Assembly: GCA_964247055.1 (NCBI GenBank)
Contig: OZ176052.1
Location: 7,812,001 to 7,876,000, forward strand
Reading direction: 5' to 3'
DNA: 64,000 bases
Source of the DNA: Paragordius varius
Lineage: Eukaryota; Animalia; Nematomorpha
How positions within the stretch are numbered: position 1 is the stretch's first letter; each line of letters opens with the position of its first letter. The notes below the pieces were generated by a model. It worked only from the letters and a program-made list of their open reading frames with translations, had not been told where the DNA came from and made no database searches. Position numbers and translations under genes: made by a program. Shown piece after piece: positions 25,601 through 40,600 of this stretch.

Positions 25601-28600
25601 TAATGGTATATCTACAAAAAAATTGGTTTCGATCTGAGATGGCTGTCCCTCTATGATTGAAATAAACAAAGGTTTAATCCTTTTTTAAAAAACAAATATA
25701 ATTTGCAAAATATATTATCCTTTCACTGCTTTATTCATCAGCAAAACTTGGTTTCGCGTGTAAAATATGAATCACTAAATTTAGTAATTAAAACGGTTGT
25801 GGATATAGTTAATCCGTGGCAGAGAATTTAATCGCCGTAAATTCAAAAACCTTCTGAAAAATATCCACAGTGAGTTTGATGATATCCTTTTTACACCGCT
25901 GTGAGATGGCTAAGCCTTAGCAAAGTTTTAAATATATTTTTTGATTTAAGACATGAAATTCTATTATTTATAAAAGATAACAGAAAGTTTGACGAGTAAT
26001 AGTGACAACTGGTGGGTTTTATTAGCCTACCTTTGCGACATTACTTATAAACTTAGTACTTTAAATACAAGTCTTCAAGGGAGCAAAATAATAACCCAAT
26101 TTACTAATCATTTATTTGTTTTTGAAGAAAAATTAATAATATATAAACAAGATTTTATAGATAAAATCCTCCTACATTTTTCAACACTTAAAACGATTCA
26201 TAAATAAAATATAATTTACCGTGGAGATTAATTTAATAATAGACAATCATTTAACATTTTTATCTAATGAGATGAAATTCAGATCTCAAGATTTGGAAGC
26301 TATATATAAGGAAAATCCGTAGAGAAAAAAGATATATAGAGTTTTGGCAAGTTGTGCCAAATAAATATGAAAATATTAAAAAATGTGCTCAAGTTATCTT
26401 AACTGTTTTTCCATCAACTTACACGTGTGAGACGGCATATTTAAAAATGAAGTATATCAAGAATACATACAGAAATCGCTTAACCAATAATCATATGGAT
26501 GACGTATTAAGATTGGCCTGCCATGAGGCAAAACCAAATTTGTCAAAAATTATTGGTTAATATTAAAATAAATGTTGTTATTAAAATATTTTAATTTTTA
26601 AAACTAAATGGTGCAGAAAGAGTTTTTAGCTGGATTTACATGCGACCCGCAAAAAATTCATTGTGCTGATTTAGAGTATAAATATGTGCGTATGTGTCAA
26701 ATAGCTATGGAATATTTGCCATTATAAGGTTCATGGCCCTCGAAAAAAAAATATGTTTTATTTGGCCCGTCAAATTTTTTTGGTGAGTACCACTGATATA
26801 GCAATTAAAATGTTTTCAACACATAAATAAAGGAGCTTTTATAATAATTGGCAAAAAGAATAAAAAATCAATACACAACTATAAGTAAACTTCTAGCATT
26901 TCGTTCCGCTAATTAACTTTTGATTTTAAAGTAATCTACAGATTTTTAAGGTGCATTATATCATTACCATTAATTTTAATAAAAAAATAATTAATTATTC
27001 ATTGATAAATAATTTATTTATAAATATTTTTTACGTTATATGATAATGTGCCTTTTGCGAAGAGTGCTGTGTTTTATGGTGGTTAAAAATGGATTGTGGA
27101 CTTGTTAATTCGCTTTTTGGAGCGCGAACAAAATCTGGTAATTCGTACAAACGACAGTAACACACTAATCGACGATGGGAGAGGGCTAAATTCTACCCAA
27201 AAAATATTTAAAAACAGTGCATATAAGATTGTAGTGATAGTTAAAATTGTTGAATAATAATATCAACAAATGTTGATTCATAGCCCGTCCAGTCTCTCAT
27301 TTACTAATACTGCTTCTGATCAAGTGAAATTCATATCCTTAATAAAACCTTTATTATGATCCTTTAAAAGTTATAGATGACCCGCACCAAACAGCGCTAT
27401 GCAATATAATCAATACACATTTTTATATTATATTTTTAATTTTTAAAATAAAATATAAAGGAAGTTTGATGTTTTGTCTATTTTCAGAACTTATTGAGAT
27501 AGTTTCCAAAACATCAATATCACAAAAATAGGTTAGTTGTAAATATTTTATATGTTAGGAAGTTGCAAAAAAAGATTAAAAATTTACCGGCCTATGTAAA
27601 ATTATGGCTTGTTGCAAACGCCACACTTGAGTAACATGGTCAGCATCAGGCATCAACTCTTCCTTTTTGATCCTTTCGTATATTCCACACAACAATCCTT
27701 TGGGTATATCATAACCTTCATCCAAACCTATCCAAGATAATAAAAATAAATTTTAATATAAACTATGATTCTCACATATCCAAGATAATAAAAATAAATT
27801 TTAATATAAACTATGATTCTCACATATTAATAAAAAATTGTCAGGTTTTAAATTTAAAACCACGGGTAAAAATACCTTTTAAATTTTTTACGAATTCATT
27901 CATTTTCATGCGTTTATGCGATTTGACCGTCGTATTGTGCAAATCCGTATTAAGCATTATGATCGCATACGCCAGAATAAACACAGTATCTTTTGATTGA
28001 AATTGAGCTACAGTGTTTGGATTACAGTCCGCGTACCGCTTACTAAACAGCTAAATTATAAAGAAACTATTATAAAAAAATGAAATCGAAGCATACATGG
28101 TAAAAATTATAATTGTTAAAATAATTACATTTAAAACTCATAAATTTTAAAGCGTTCGGTAAATATTCTTTGTTGCAGTAAAAATTGAAATGATACTATT
28201 AAATATAAAAACAAATATTTTTTTCCAAAAGACCGCTATACTTTAACTTAATTTGTTCAAATATAACTTATTGCTTTAAACTGCAAAGTAAAAAAAGATA
28301 TAAATTGGTAACACAATCAATTATATAATTAGCAATTGTAATTTGTAATTAATTAGTAGATATATAGGTAAAAATTGAGGTCTAAAAAGTATGGTTGACT
28401 TTTTTAAAATAATATTTGTCGTGATAATTTTACGTTTTATTTATAAAGTTTACATTTTCAATGATTTAAAATGTAATTTGAAGTTAAAAATTTTTTGCAG
28501 CACAATCAAAATATATTTAATAAATACCTCCATAATTTTTTCAATTTTTTGGGCTTCACCAGGGATCCGAAAAATAGAAAGAAACGATCTTAATGCTTCA

Positions 28601-31600
28601 TCAATCTCAAGTCCATGAAAATCAAGGCGGTTTAATATACATCTTCAATATAGTAAATAAATATTTTATATGGGTTAAAATTTATCATTGCCAAAATAAA
28701 TGAAAACATACCGGATTCTAATAAACTCATATTAAATAAAATAAGAAAATCGATTTTTAAGTTAACACTTCTATTCAAATTGGGGTATCTAAATACCCCA
28801 GACTAAATTTAAACTAAAATTTTTAAAAAACTACTGAAGGAAACGGTCCCAATTTAAATTTATGCTTCTATCCTGATAAATATTATATAAATATGCCAAA
28901 ATATCTTGATAAAATTTTGTTTTGAAAAAAAAGTTCCACCTCAAACTATTTCGACGCCATTTTTATTTTACATAAATTTTGCAAAATATCATCTTCATTT
29001 AATTTTAAAGGTAAAACTAAAGCTTATTTTTTATATAAATTACATCTAACATTGATGGAAATAGAAAAAGCGGTTTATTTTGTATTATTTTTTAATTTTA
29101 CAATTTGACACATGTCACGTTGACTAAATTTTTACCTTTCAGTTTTAGCTCAAAATAAGTATTATCAAGTATTTTTAAATAAAAATTTTTATATATTTCG
29201 GTTTATTAATGTTATATAAGTGCAAAATTTTGCCATGGTTTCGATTGCTTCCATACTTTTTAAACTATTTGATTTTAAACAGGCCTGGGGTATCCAACTA
29301 CCCCAATTTGAATCGAAGGACTAAAATGAGTGTGTTGTATCCAAGTGTTAAAACAAACACTTGTTTTGATACAATTTGTTAACCGCCATAATATTGGTTA
29401 CATGGGTTATTTTAATTGGTTAATTTAAATTTTTTTGAAATGTATTGCAGCAAGTAGGATATTTTGTTTTGTCTGGCTTTCGTATATTATTATTTTTTCC
29501 ATTTTTAAATATTTAAAAACCCATAAAATTAATAATATGGCGATTTAACAGATTGTAAAATCACTAAGAAATTAAATATGTCTAATAAAAAAATAAAAAA
29601 CTGGCAATGTACATTTAATAATACTGTATATAAATTTGCGCCAAGAATTTTCGTTAATTGTAATATTTTTGTTGTAAAATATATAAAATTTAATTATACC
29701 GTATAACTTCAACGCACATAGAATTTTGAATGGATCCCAAATATTCTCCTATTTTGGTACGTGATAAACCCTTTCGATTAGCCAAAAAACTGGCAACTTT
29801 GGTGGGATTAGCCTCTAGGAATCCCTTTTCAACTAGCAGATTGATTCCTTCAATCGGTTTTCTATGTTGTTTGCGTTTTAACAAAAGATGCTTTAACATT
29901 TTATTTATATATATACGAATTTTACGATTTTAATATTGAAAAATAAAGCGTTTTATTCTCTTTGAGATAAACTATAGAATTTCTCTCCATGCTTTATAAA
30001 AAGGAATTATCAATGCCATTATGTTTATAAAATGTAAATTGGGTATACAGAATTTTATCTATGGTATTTTGGATAATTGTGAGAGCAAAATTTCTTTTAT
30101 AAATATACGAAACTAATATTATTAAGTGGTAGTTTAGCGACAAATATGTCCTCAAAATTCTAAAACTATTTTTAACAATTTTTAAGTTTAATGGGCTCCC
30201 AATTTCATCCACATAAACAACCCGATTAGTACTTTTTAAAAAAACGTGATCGGTTTCAATTCGATTCTATAAATTAAATCCTAACCAGGTAGGGGTGTCC
30301 AACATGCAGCCCACGAAAAATATGGGTACTAACCAAATACAAATGGGAAATTTCACAATTTGCAAAAATTTTATTATAAATTTTAGCAAAATTGGTATTT
30401 CAAAAAATTAAAGTCTTGGAAAAAACGTTCAAATACAAATTAACAAAAATTGGTTAAATAATTATTGTTTTTGTTTTAGTAATTTTTTACAGTATGTTTA
30501 AAATTAAATAAAAATATTAATTATTTTCGAATGCGGTTCGCCATTTTTTCACGAAAATGCAACTTGCCCCATTTGTGTTGGAAACTCCTGTTATAATCGA
30601 TAAAACTAAAACTTACATCATACCTATTAATAAATTTGATTGATGTCTTATTTTATTAATCAAAAATAGTTAATCTAATTACATTTGTCAAATACATCAA
30701 CTTGTCTTGTTGAAAAAATTATATATAAATAATAGGTAAAAATATTTTTTTTATAAATTCTTCAACAGTGAACCTTAAAAATCAATAAAATCTTTTCTCT
30801 CAATCCTTTTAATATGATAGTAATTTTACAAGATCTCACATCTACTATTCTATTGCGTATTATGACCCCAAAGCCTACTAATTCCTGTAATTTGCGTTAA
30901 AAAAATAATTGAAGGAAAAAATAAAATGTTTATTGAACAGCAATAAAATATTTTAAAAAACCAGAGATGCGTTTGTGCTTACCTGTTAAAAGTGTTCAAA
31001 CAGATTCTATACAATCGCTTCCTAGCTGTATCATTGCTATTATTATGGGAATTAGTGTGTTTTGGTTCATTTGTGGAATCTGAATGTGAGATATGCATAG
31101 TGGATAATTCTTTGATATTGTCTATAGAGGTGTGTTGAAACAAAATTATTGATTTGTTTATATTAAATTGAAAAATCTTGTATTAGGAATCAAAAAAGTG
31201 AAAATTTTGTTTGCTATTGATGTGTTTAATAAAATATTAATAAATGACCATTAGAGTGATTTCTGATACAGTTAAACCTGTATTTTAACGCTAAACTAAT
31301 ACCTATCAATAGTCAATAATGCAATCTATAACTTAACTAAATAAAAGTTGTGAATTTATGGAGAAGAGGAATCGGACAGATAAAAGTTTACAATATACCA
31401 TTTACAGTTTAAATTCGCCCTAAAAAGATGGGTTTTTTAAATTAAAATTATTTAAAATTAAAATAATAATGAAAAAATAATAAACTATGCCATAAGAATA
31501 TATTTCATATTAAGGATGAGTTATATTAGCCCGATAACACATAACTTATTTTTCGGGTAAATTCCAATAGTTCAAGGGTGAATTTGAAATGTATTTGGAA

Positions 31601-32537
31601 GAATTAAAACTAAACATACTTTACACGGGTTTAAAAATTTATTGAACAATAATCATAAAGGTTTTAAGACTATATAAATAAAATTTAATTTTCAACCACA
31701 TTTAACTGTAAAAGTACTGACCGACTATAATTTAAGGCGTATTTTAATTTAATCTAGATAGTATCTCAATTATAAAGTTAACGAAATGGGCTTCATAAAA
31801 TTAACTAGAAAAAGTTAAAAAATGACCTCACAGAAAACAATGTGCTCATAAATTATATTCCTATTTATAAAATTAACTTCTTTAAATACTAAACATGTTT
31901 TAAAAATAGCTGCCTGAAATCATAGAAAACCAATTAACGGCGGTCTCCTGTTATAATTATTCTTTTCCGGTCAAAAAAAGAACTTTAACCAAATTCAGTT
32001 TATTTTTGCTTTCCACTTGAATATAAAAATATTCACTAATAGAAGTGATAAATAAAAAATGAATTTAAATATACAATTCCGAAATTTACCTGCAAGTTTG
32101 GGTGATAAACAAATTTTTTCAGTAAACTCCTGCGAAGTTTTATGCAAATGATGTTTATGGTGCATGTGATATCCATTGCTTGTTGTGCTTGTAGTAGATG
32201 TTAAATGCCGTAAATTTAAATGCTTTATATTGGACACGACGTTTGTCAAAGATTTTGCAGAATTGTCAATATGAGAATGGTTGTTATTTTCCGAAAAATT
32301 ATTAATTTTCATGTCATGCTGGTGTCTATCGAATTTATTTTCAAAATATTTTATATTCATACCACATTCTAAATTGGCATTAAAACTATCAATCGATCTT
32401 TGATACAAATGATGAGTGATTAGGGGTAAGCAAGGTTTTGGTTTTCCATGTATTTTTGATGATTTCGAAGAAGCCGGAGACGATGAGATTAATTTTGAGC
32501 TATTCTTATTATTAATATTGTTGGTGGTAGAATTCAT
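22619..32537 (-). CDS. IQSEC: IQSEC/BRAG (schizo/loner)-type Arf guanine nucleotide exchange factor, Sec7 + PH, at least 11 exons, about 814 aa; 5' end uncertain
   Basis: Minus-strand exons: 32090-32537, 30983-31121, 29700-29861, 28528-28642, 27876-28050, 27588-27727, 27035-27192, 24210-24383, 23449-23918, 23048-23169, 22619-22960 (2445 nt). Motifs: RKRLYRICLNTFNRKP, FRIPGEAQKIE (catalytic Glu), ILAYAIIMLNTDLH, IYERIK, family-typical HRRLVCYCRLYE and LHQREVFLFNDLL, DRTKFVEDLKEAI. The frame is open upstream to 32612, so earlier exons are possible. Confidence 0.9.
24502..26795 (+). mobile_element. Full-length decayed hAT (Buster/SPIN/GTF2IRD2-like) DNA transposon in an IQSEC intron, antisense to the host gene
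   Basis: TIRs CAGTGATACTCA (24502) and TGAGTACCACTG (ending 26795); perfect 8-bp TSD ATATAGCA at 24494-24501 and 26796-26803. Frameshifted transposase from about 24915 to 26560: RSFKKEW, YFSIAIDSSPD, DGCPSM, FHCFIHQ, VRWLS, FPSTYTCE. Confidence 0.93.
27731..27826. repeat. Perfect 2 x 48-bp tandem duplication in an IQSEC intron
   Basis: TCCAAGATAATAAAAATAAATTTTAATATAAACTATGATTCTCACATA at 27731 and 27779. Confidence 0.95.
28766..29347. mobile_element. MITE family B (about 580 bp, TTAA-flanked, piggyBac-like)
   Basis: TTAA|CACTT ... AAGTG|TTAA, with the internal inverted motif TTCAAATTGGGGTATCTAAATACCCCAG / CTGGGGTATCCAACTACCCCAATTTGAA. Near-identical copies at 60966 and 63027. Confidence 0.75.
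30290..30590. mobile_element. MITE family A copy, reversed
   Basis: TAGGGGTGTCCAACATGCAGCCC ... ATTTGTGTTGGAAACTCCTG; TSD not preserved. Confidence 0.65.
31398..31591. mobile_element. MITE family C copy, shorter, in an IQSEC intron
   Basis: TA|CCATTTACAGTTTAAATTCGCCC ... TTCAAGGGTGAATTTGAAATG; interior in opposite orientation to 4165-4487. Confidence 0.6.
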
Positions 32538-34815
32538 TAAGCCCGCATTTTTTTCAAGATTTTTTTCTGTTAATGTTTCTGTTATAATACCATATATTAT
32601 TTTTAACAGAGGTTATTAATAATCTAGTTTCCGTTGATTTTGTGTGGTTTAAAACTAAATTACATATATAAATAATAGATGATTTCAAATTAATCTGAAA
32701 GATATTTCTATTATAAAAACAACAAAAAAGGATGATTAATTCACATCATATGTAGTAGTATTTCAGTAAAAAAATTATTATGTTATAAGGAAACGAATAA
32801 CTTTTTATCACTACTCCTCTATTAAATAAAAATTAAAAATAAAATCAGGATTTTGTGGTATAAATATATGAACTCTTTACATCGAGAAATTACATATATA
32901 TATATATTACGCATTACGTATACATATAAAAATGTCTGTCTATTTTACATTTCTTAGTATTATCATCAGCATCATCTATTGTTCCTAGAAAATCATAAGA
33001 AAAAAAAACAATTGCAATCAATCATAGAACTAAACCGAACAATATTTTATTTAATTAATTTTTTACATATATAAATATTAATTAAAAATTAATCAAAATA
33101 GACTTATTGTTTTGTAATGTAACTTACTCTCTTTTTAACGTGAGGGTTATCAGGGTTAGTTTTCGTTGCAAATGGATTCGATTTTTGTTTTATTATTATT
33201 TCAGTTGGAGGAAGGATTAATTTGTAAATTAGGCATAAGGTGTATAATTTTATGTGTGTGTGGTTGAATTAGTCTTATTCGGGATTAAAATTTGTAATGA
33301 TTTTTACTATTATAAATTATATTAAAAATACGTCGTGGATGATTTTTAGCTTTTTCTGAGGTTCAATAATCTTTTGATATTTCATCGATTAAATGCAAAT
33401 TATTTTACATTATATTATATTTATAAATAAGTTTTTTATTAAAATATAAAAAAAAAGATGGAAAAAAGTGAACAAAATTGATGAAAAGATTCAAAAAATT
33501 TGTTGGTTAGCTGGCAATCTTTTCTCGCGCACGCATGTGCATAATATATGATGATAAAAATATAAATACAGAGACATTAACTAGAAAATGGTTAGAGAGA
33601 TGATGAATAGAGATCCCAGTAAAAATCAATATTTTTCAGTATTAGCAGCGCATAGATTTTTATGTGGTCTCTTTTTATAAAAATGAATAAATAAAAATAA
33701 AAAATGTACTTAACAAAAGCCAAAAATGATAGATAGATTAGTAGAATGAGATGGTACTATGATATTAAAATTATTTTTTTGAAATACTTTTAAGTACTTA
33801 CAATATTATTATGATGACAAACGTTCAAAAATTTATTAACATAAACAAATATATTAATGACGTTTTGCGATCCACTTCAAATATGAATATATAATGAATT
33901 CCGAATAGCGTCTCTGATAAAAGCTGTCTTTTGCTTAATTTTTCAAAGCTTGGAAAACTAAATTTCACAATTATTTAATACATAATGAGGATTTATTATA
34001 TAAGGCGAGCGACAAAATAGGATAATATTCAAAAAATATTTATAACATTTAAGAGTGTAAAATACATTGTTTGTTAGCTTGTATTGTATGTGAGATAGGG
34101 CGTAAAATATTTTTTATTTTATAAATAATAAGGACCAATTTAATATTTTATTTATATATAAATGAAAATTTAAGAGCGTCGTCGTCCATTGGAAATGTCT
34201 CATGGGAATATTTTTTATTTTTTGGTAAACAGATATGCAGTGATCTCAATTTATTTGAAACTTATGAAATTAAATTTTAAAATAAATTAAAAAAATTCAT
34301 ATATGTATTTATAATAAAAAATTGTTTTTCTTTATTACGCAATGAATGTAGGTGGAAACATTACATGTGGCGAATGCAAAAAAATGTCAAAAAAAAATTA
34401 TTTATACTTTTTTATAAATAATTATTTTTTAAATCCCTACTTACTCTTATATACATTATCACATAAATTATATATAGTTAGTTTATATTAAAAACGCATT
34501 TTTCATTTTTGTAAAATAATCCTACATTTATTTTCTCAGGTATGTAAAAGTGAAGACGTATATAATTATAAAGTAGTATATAATATAAAGAAAGGTAGAA
34601 AAGGCACATCAAGGCTTTAAAAACTAAAATATAAGATAAAATGTCACTTGATAACAAACAAATGCCTTCTTGTGAAAAAATTAACATTTTTCTTCCTCGT
34701 CTGAAATTAAAATAAAATAACTAATATAATTATATATAATGAAATGATAATTTTGTTCAAATAATACAAATATTTTTGATGACGCGTAACTTAATTCTCA
34801 TATATTTATTGTATA

Positions 34816-34846
<31 letters not shown>

Positions 34847-37623
34847 TACGATAAAAATTTGTAATAATATGGAATTTTTTTGGAATATATAAGGTATGAA
34901 GTGTTTCTAAAGGCGCGGTTTGGTGCAATACGCGATTTAAACCGCGCTGAAGTTTTGAAATCTTAAACTACGATATTGTAAATTAATGTTGTTAAAAAAA
35001 TACTATCATGGTCCCATAATTCAGATTTATTGTCACATTCTTCGTTTCTTTTTTTTCCAATCTATCAATCATAAATGAATTTATTTTTAACAAAATCTAG
35101 GAAAAAGGGGAAAACATTTATTTTAATGAAATCTCCTCAAAACCCGTATAAATATATCGAAAATGTTTTCATATTTAAATTTACAATAAGAAAATAGAAT
35201 TAAACTTTTGGTTAACGATTCAGAGTAAATTTAATATCTTGATATGGTCTTGTGTGCATATTTATCTAACAATAATAATTTCAAAATATTTTGCGCCCAA
35301 TTTTTTTGCAGTTTTTTAAAAAATTGCTATGATAAGCAATAAATATATATATTAGCATGCCACGCGTCGCTGTGACGTAGACGAAATGATATATTTTCTC
35401 GGCGATTATATGATGATAATTGGGTAAAAAATGATCAGTTAAAACATAAAAAAGAACAATGTTTTTTACCATTACATGTTTCATTCGTTAAATCAAAAGT
35501 TGCATTTACAGAGTGCACACGAAAAATATCTTGATGAAATATATATGATCTGACAAATATATCAGGGTGTTTTTGGTTTTGGACATACGGGTTAGTTAAG
35601 AATCATTTACGTTTTTGTGAAATCAACTCCATATCGAAAATCGCAAAATTAGCTCACATTTTGCTAAATAATTTTTTGCGGTGAAAGCTAGATGCTAATT
35701 TTAAAATATCATTATATCTAATAAACTAAATTTAATTTATTTTTCAGATGTGGGCGTCGAAAGTCTTATATTTAAAGCTTTTCTTAAGTTAAACGCAAAA
35801 ATGCCGAGTTTGCGCGATAACCCTTTATTATGTAGGCTAAATTAGAGGAAAATATTTTTGAAAAATTGCATACCTTGTCAAAAAATTTAATTTTTCATAT
35901 AATATTTTTAAATCGTATTTTTTAAAGCTGGAAATGGTAAAAACGCTTTAACATATTGTAAAACATTTTATATATATTTCGATGATGCTGAACATTTTTA
36001 TTACTAATGATAAATATGACATTTATTGATCATATGAAAGACATTTATACTAAAAGGCAAACCAATCTATATTAAAAATCTGATATGATAGAATAGCATC
36101 ATCGAATTATATAGAAAAAATATATATATTTTGTTTGCCGTATTAAAATGTATAAACCGCGACTAATAAAATATCTGTAAACATATACACTAAAACATTG
36201 GGCGTACTTTAAAATTTGTGGAGATATCTTTTACAAAAAATACAAATATAAAATTTTTCGTACTATCAATTTCTCAACATTTGATGTAGAAAGCAATTTC
36301 GAAAGTTGCAAATTTAAATACGATTTCTAAATAATTATGATAGTATCCCCCTAACTTTCGGTTTAATGAACTTACAATTAATTATTAACATTCTCGACTT
36401 CAAGTGACTATTTTCTTTAAAAAATAAAATCGTTTTATGGTAAAAATAATTTTATATTAAATATGGGGATTTACCTAATCTAAGCATTTTAGAGGCTTTA
36501 ATTATTAGTATATGTGCATTATATATGTGTATACAATGAACTGTGAATTATTTTCCCTCATTAAGAATTTAATGCTTGTCTAACAGTTATTATAATATTA
36601 CTTTGTAAACTCTGTGGGCCTAGTCCAAGAGCCGCTGAATTATTGCTTGTGGAACCCTTAGTATTTGTTGGTTGCAAAATGTGTAAACATAAAAAACTTT
36701 GAGCTAGTTTATGCACAAAATAACGTAGTAGAAGAACGGCACAATGTGATTATTCTTGGGTTTTAAGTATATTAGCGTTTATTCTAAAATTAACTGAAAA
36801 CTAATGCCCTATAGTTAGAATATCAATGCCATCATAATCACAAGGGAAATATTAATCATATATTTATATTTTTATTATCTAAAGTGGGTAATTACTAAAT
36901 ATTTAATATATAGGTATGTATATATATATAATATGAATTGTTTTTATTTACATATAAAAAATGTGATGTATGCAAAGGCGTATAAATATATTTAATGTTT
37001 GTAAACATAAATATAGATATGAATTAATCGGACTATTTAAGAATTTATCACATTCATTGCTAAAATACCATTACACTTAACCATTGTATCCGAAGATTAT
37101 TGCCATATAATCACCATAACTGGAGAGAAAAAATCATTTAGCGTTTATGAAAACTTTTTTTAATAAAATATAATGAATATATATTTCATATATAAATTAA
37201 AGAGATTCATTACATATATAAAAATATTTTAAATAGTAATGTGTATAGTACATAAAAATATAGGTCTGTTTTTTGTCTAATTGCGATGAAAATGTTTTGT
37301 GACAGTTTATGAAATATAAAATACGTTATTATAAAAGAAAAAAAAGATGGTATATAATTTATATAAATGTATTCTCAAAAGTAAAAAAATAGAAAATACT
37401 ATGCTTAAAGTGATAATATATATGCACCATGTGAGTTTATTGGCCAACTAATCAACCAAATAAATGTGTCTCTATATTCATAAAACCATAATATTGGGTT
37501 TGGATTTCCACTTTGTAAAATATACTAAAGTCATTCTTTAAATAGTAAATAAAATAAAAGTAAAAGTATAAAATGTCATTTTAAATTTACAAATTTTTAT
37601 AGGTGTTTTATAATCAATTTTCA

Positions 37624-40600
37624 TCATTCACACACATTATTAACAATGTCAAATGCATTGGGTGGGTACTCATTTTGATCATTAGCTCCATTAAAATGAA
37701 TGGAAGACGAAGGAAAACAGCCATTCTTCATTTCAAGTCCATTTTCGCTGGTAAAAGAGGTTGGTATTTTCATGGCACCGCTTTTCAAACCATTTAAACT
37801 TTTGTTATGAACAAAACCGTTTCCCGTTGATATCATTACCAAACCATCATTCGTTATACCATTATTATTGATATTCTCACTATTTTCAAAGGCATTTTCT
37901 GCCACGTATTGATTACGGTCATAATGTCCATTCGAAAAGTTACTATTATCATTATTATGGTTAAAAGCACCTGACAAGTTGCCATAACAATATTTTTTTG
38001 TGTTATCCAGATACTTATGATTATTTTCATGATATAGCGGCTCAGAAGCACCATTTGGATGATAAAAAAATCCATTTTCTCCAACAAATTTATGAGCATG
38101 CTGAGCAGCAAAATTATGGTCAGGAGATGTAATAAATACATTATCTCCTTGTTCTTCTCCATTTTCCTTCCCACCGCCGACCTCATAATACCCATAATAA
38201 TTTTCATTTTTATCATCAATCATTTGATAATTAGAATTAGAATTACTGGCACACCTAACTTTATTGCACTGGGCCATTTCATCACTAAAACCATTGGTTT
38301 CACTCATTTCTGCCGCGTTTTTTGTCGAGAGATGTTTCGCTTTATCTAAGCCATTAACGGTATTTAACGTGGTGGAAAGAGTAACAACATTAGCGGAATT
38401 ATGCGCTATAGTTGCACCATTCTCACTACCTATTAATACTGTATTGTTTGCATTGGCCACACACGGTAATAAACCGTTTTCGGGTCCATTTTCTTTTTTG
38501 TCCTAGGAAAGAACGTGAAACAAAATGTTAACATAATAGTTTAACGTTTAAAGAATTATAGCTAATAATTGAATACAAATAACCTATATTATTATTTCAT
38601 TCAAAAGTTCCCCATTATTAACTTGAAATTATGTTGATATTTAGGATGGTTTGCAGTTTACCTGTTATTAAGCTTATTATTTTTATATTTTGTTTTAAAT
38701 AAAACACACATTACTTAAAAAACATGCCATAGGATAGCAAACCAAAAAAATCTACCTATTCAAACAAAAATACTTTAATGTCATAGCTTATGGCAAATAC
38801 TGTTTAACTTTTAGTAATACTTTATAATAATTTTACTATAAGATAAAATTTATGAAAAAATGAACATAACTAATTAAATGTAAAAATATGCATTCTATAG
38901 TTTTTTTATTCCTTATATAGCGTAAAAATTTAAATTTGCCATAAACGCTTTTAATACACATCTGCCCAGAGCTATATTGATGATGAAAAAATTGTGCAAT
39001 TATGAGCGTTCGAATCTCATACGCATAGAGCAATTACTTATAAAATAAAAACCATCATTGAATAAAATCATCCCTTAAAACTAACTTACCCCAATTTCAC
39101 TATTAGCTGACCCGAGTGATTCATTATTGCTATTGCCTTGCGATGACATGGATGATGAAGTGAGTAACACTGTTGTATTGGTAGTAGATGACACAGCAGT
39201 ATTAGTTAAGGACATCTGTCCTCCCATAATAAGAGGGGTAGGGGGAGCAGAGCCAGCAGCATAGATGGGGAAAAATGAGCCATAACCATTACATTTGTTG
39301 TCATTCATTACTAATTTCGTCGTCGTCGTCATGTTACTGCCAGATTGGGGTGGAGTGGGCGGCCCAACATTATGGGGTAAGGGTAGGGGTGAAGGTGTGG
39401 CAAAAAAATATGCTCCGGCTGGAATCATATTCTATAAATCATTGATGGTAAATAATTTATACATATAGTGGTGTAAGACAAATTACATATTTTGATATAA
39501 TAACATGCTACTTTTAAATAAATCTCGTACCCGAGATATTTGCAACACTATATAGAACGCGCCATGGCGGTCGTTGAAATAATCGCAATTTGGTCAAGAA
39601 ACCAGTAAAATATTCGGAAAAGATATATATAATTAAATATGATTAAAAATCAATGAATAGAATTTTATTAATGAGGGCGATTCAAACCTGTTTGCTACAA
39701 CCATATGTTTTGATATTTTGAACAAAAATTTATTCGTTTTATATAAATTTAAATAATTTTAAAGTAAATTTTAAACCGCTCTTTGTTGGGAAGACAATGG
39801 TGTAGGGTATGCATTAGGTAACATGGTGTGATTTGCAATCTAAATAAACACAAATTTAATATGCTTATAAAAGCGTGCTTACATTCGGTGTTAAGGGAAG
39901 CGTTGGCATAAAAATTGGTTGAGCAGCATAAATAATTGGTAGATTCATCTGTGAAAAATGCAAATTAAATATTTTTGTTATAAAATTTATACATAATAAT
40001 TCTTCAAATGTATTTAAATTAAGCAATTCTGTATGTGGTGATTTTAGATAGGGTAAAGACATGAATAAGTAGTGATAATGAAATTGTGAGGATTCGAAAT
40101 GTATTTAAAGTAATGCAATTAATACAAAATAACTTTTGAAGAAAAATTGAAATATATCATTTGCACTTCAAGAGTGTTCTTAAACACTTTAAGATAGTTC
40201 TTGTACAGTTCAAGTTGATTGAACACCAAGTTGGTCCTTAAAATTTATAAATTTTGATTTAACCATAATTTTTGCATTTATTTTTTATTTTTTTATTAAC
40301 CTAATTTTTTTTATTTATTATATATTCATTCATTAAAAAATAAAAAATTTTATTGAAAAGAAACTTTTTTGTTTCAAACTATTTTTTCAATTGAACAAAA
40401 TTATTAACTTTTAAATATTTTTAATGAAAAATTGTAATTAATAACCCAGAAAACTCATATATTTTTTCATTTCGTGTTAACATCTTGTAAATATCCAAAA
40501 TTATTTAAAGAAATTAATAAAGATATACGGTTTCTCATAGATTAAAAATTGATATCGATTTAAAATTTATGTTAAATAATAGAAAATAGGTTAAAAGCAA

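Noticed and set aside
25269-26560. Domesticated GTF2IRD2/ZBED-like host gene
   Set aside because: Multiple stops and frameshifts, with intact TIRs and TSD, indicate a dead transposon.
35505-35830. TA-CAGAGTG / CAGGGTG starts resembling Tc1/mariner ends (also near 51670)
   Set aside because: No matching right-hand TIR located.
37603-38506. Overlapping ORFs on both strands as dual coding
   Set aside because: Expected by-product of a low-complexity AAT-rich exon; no recognisable motifs.
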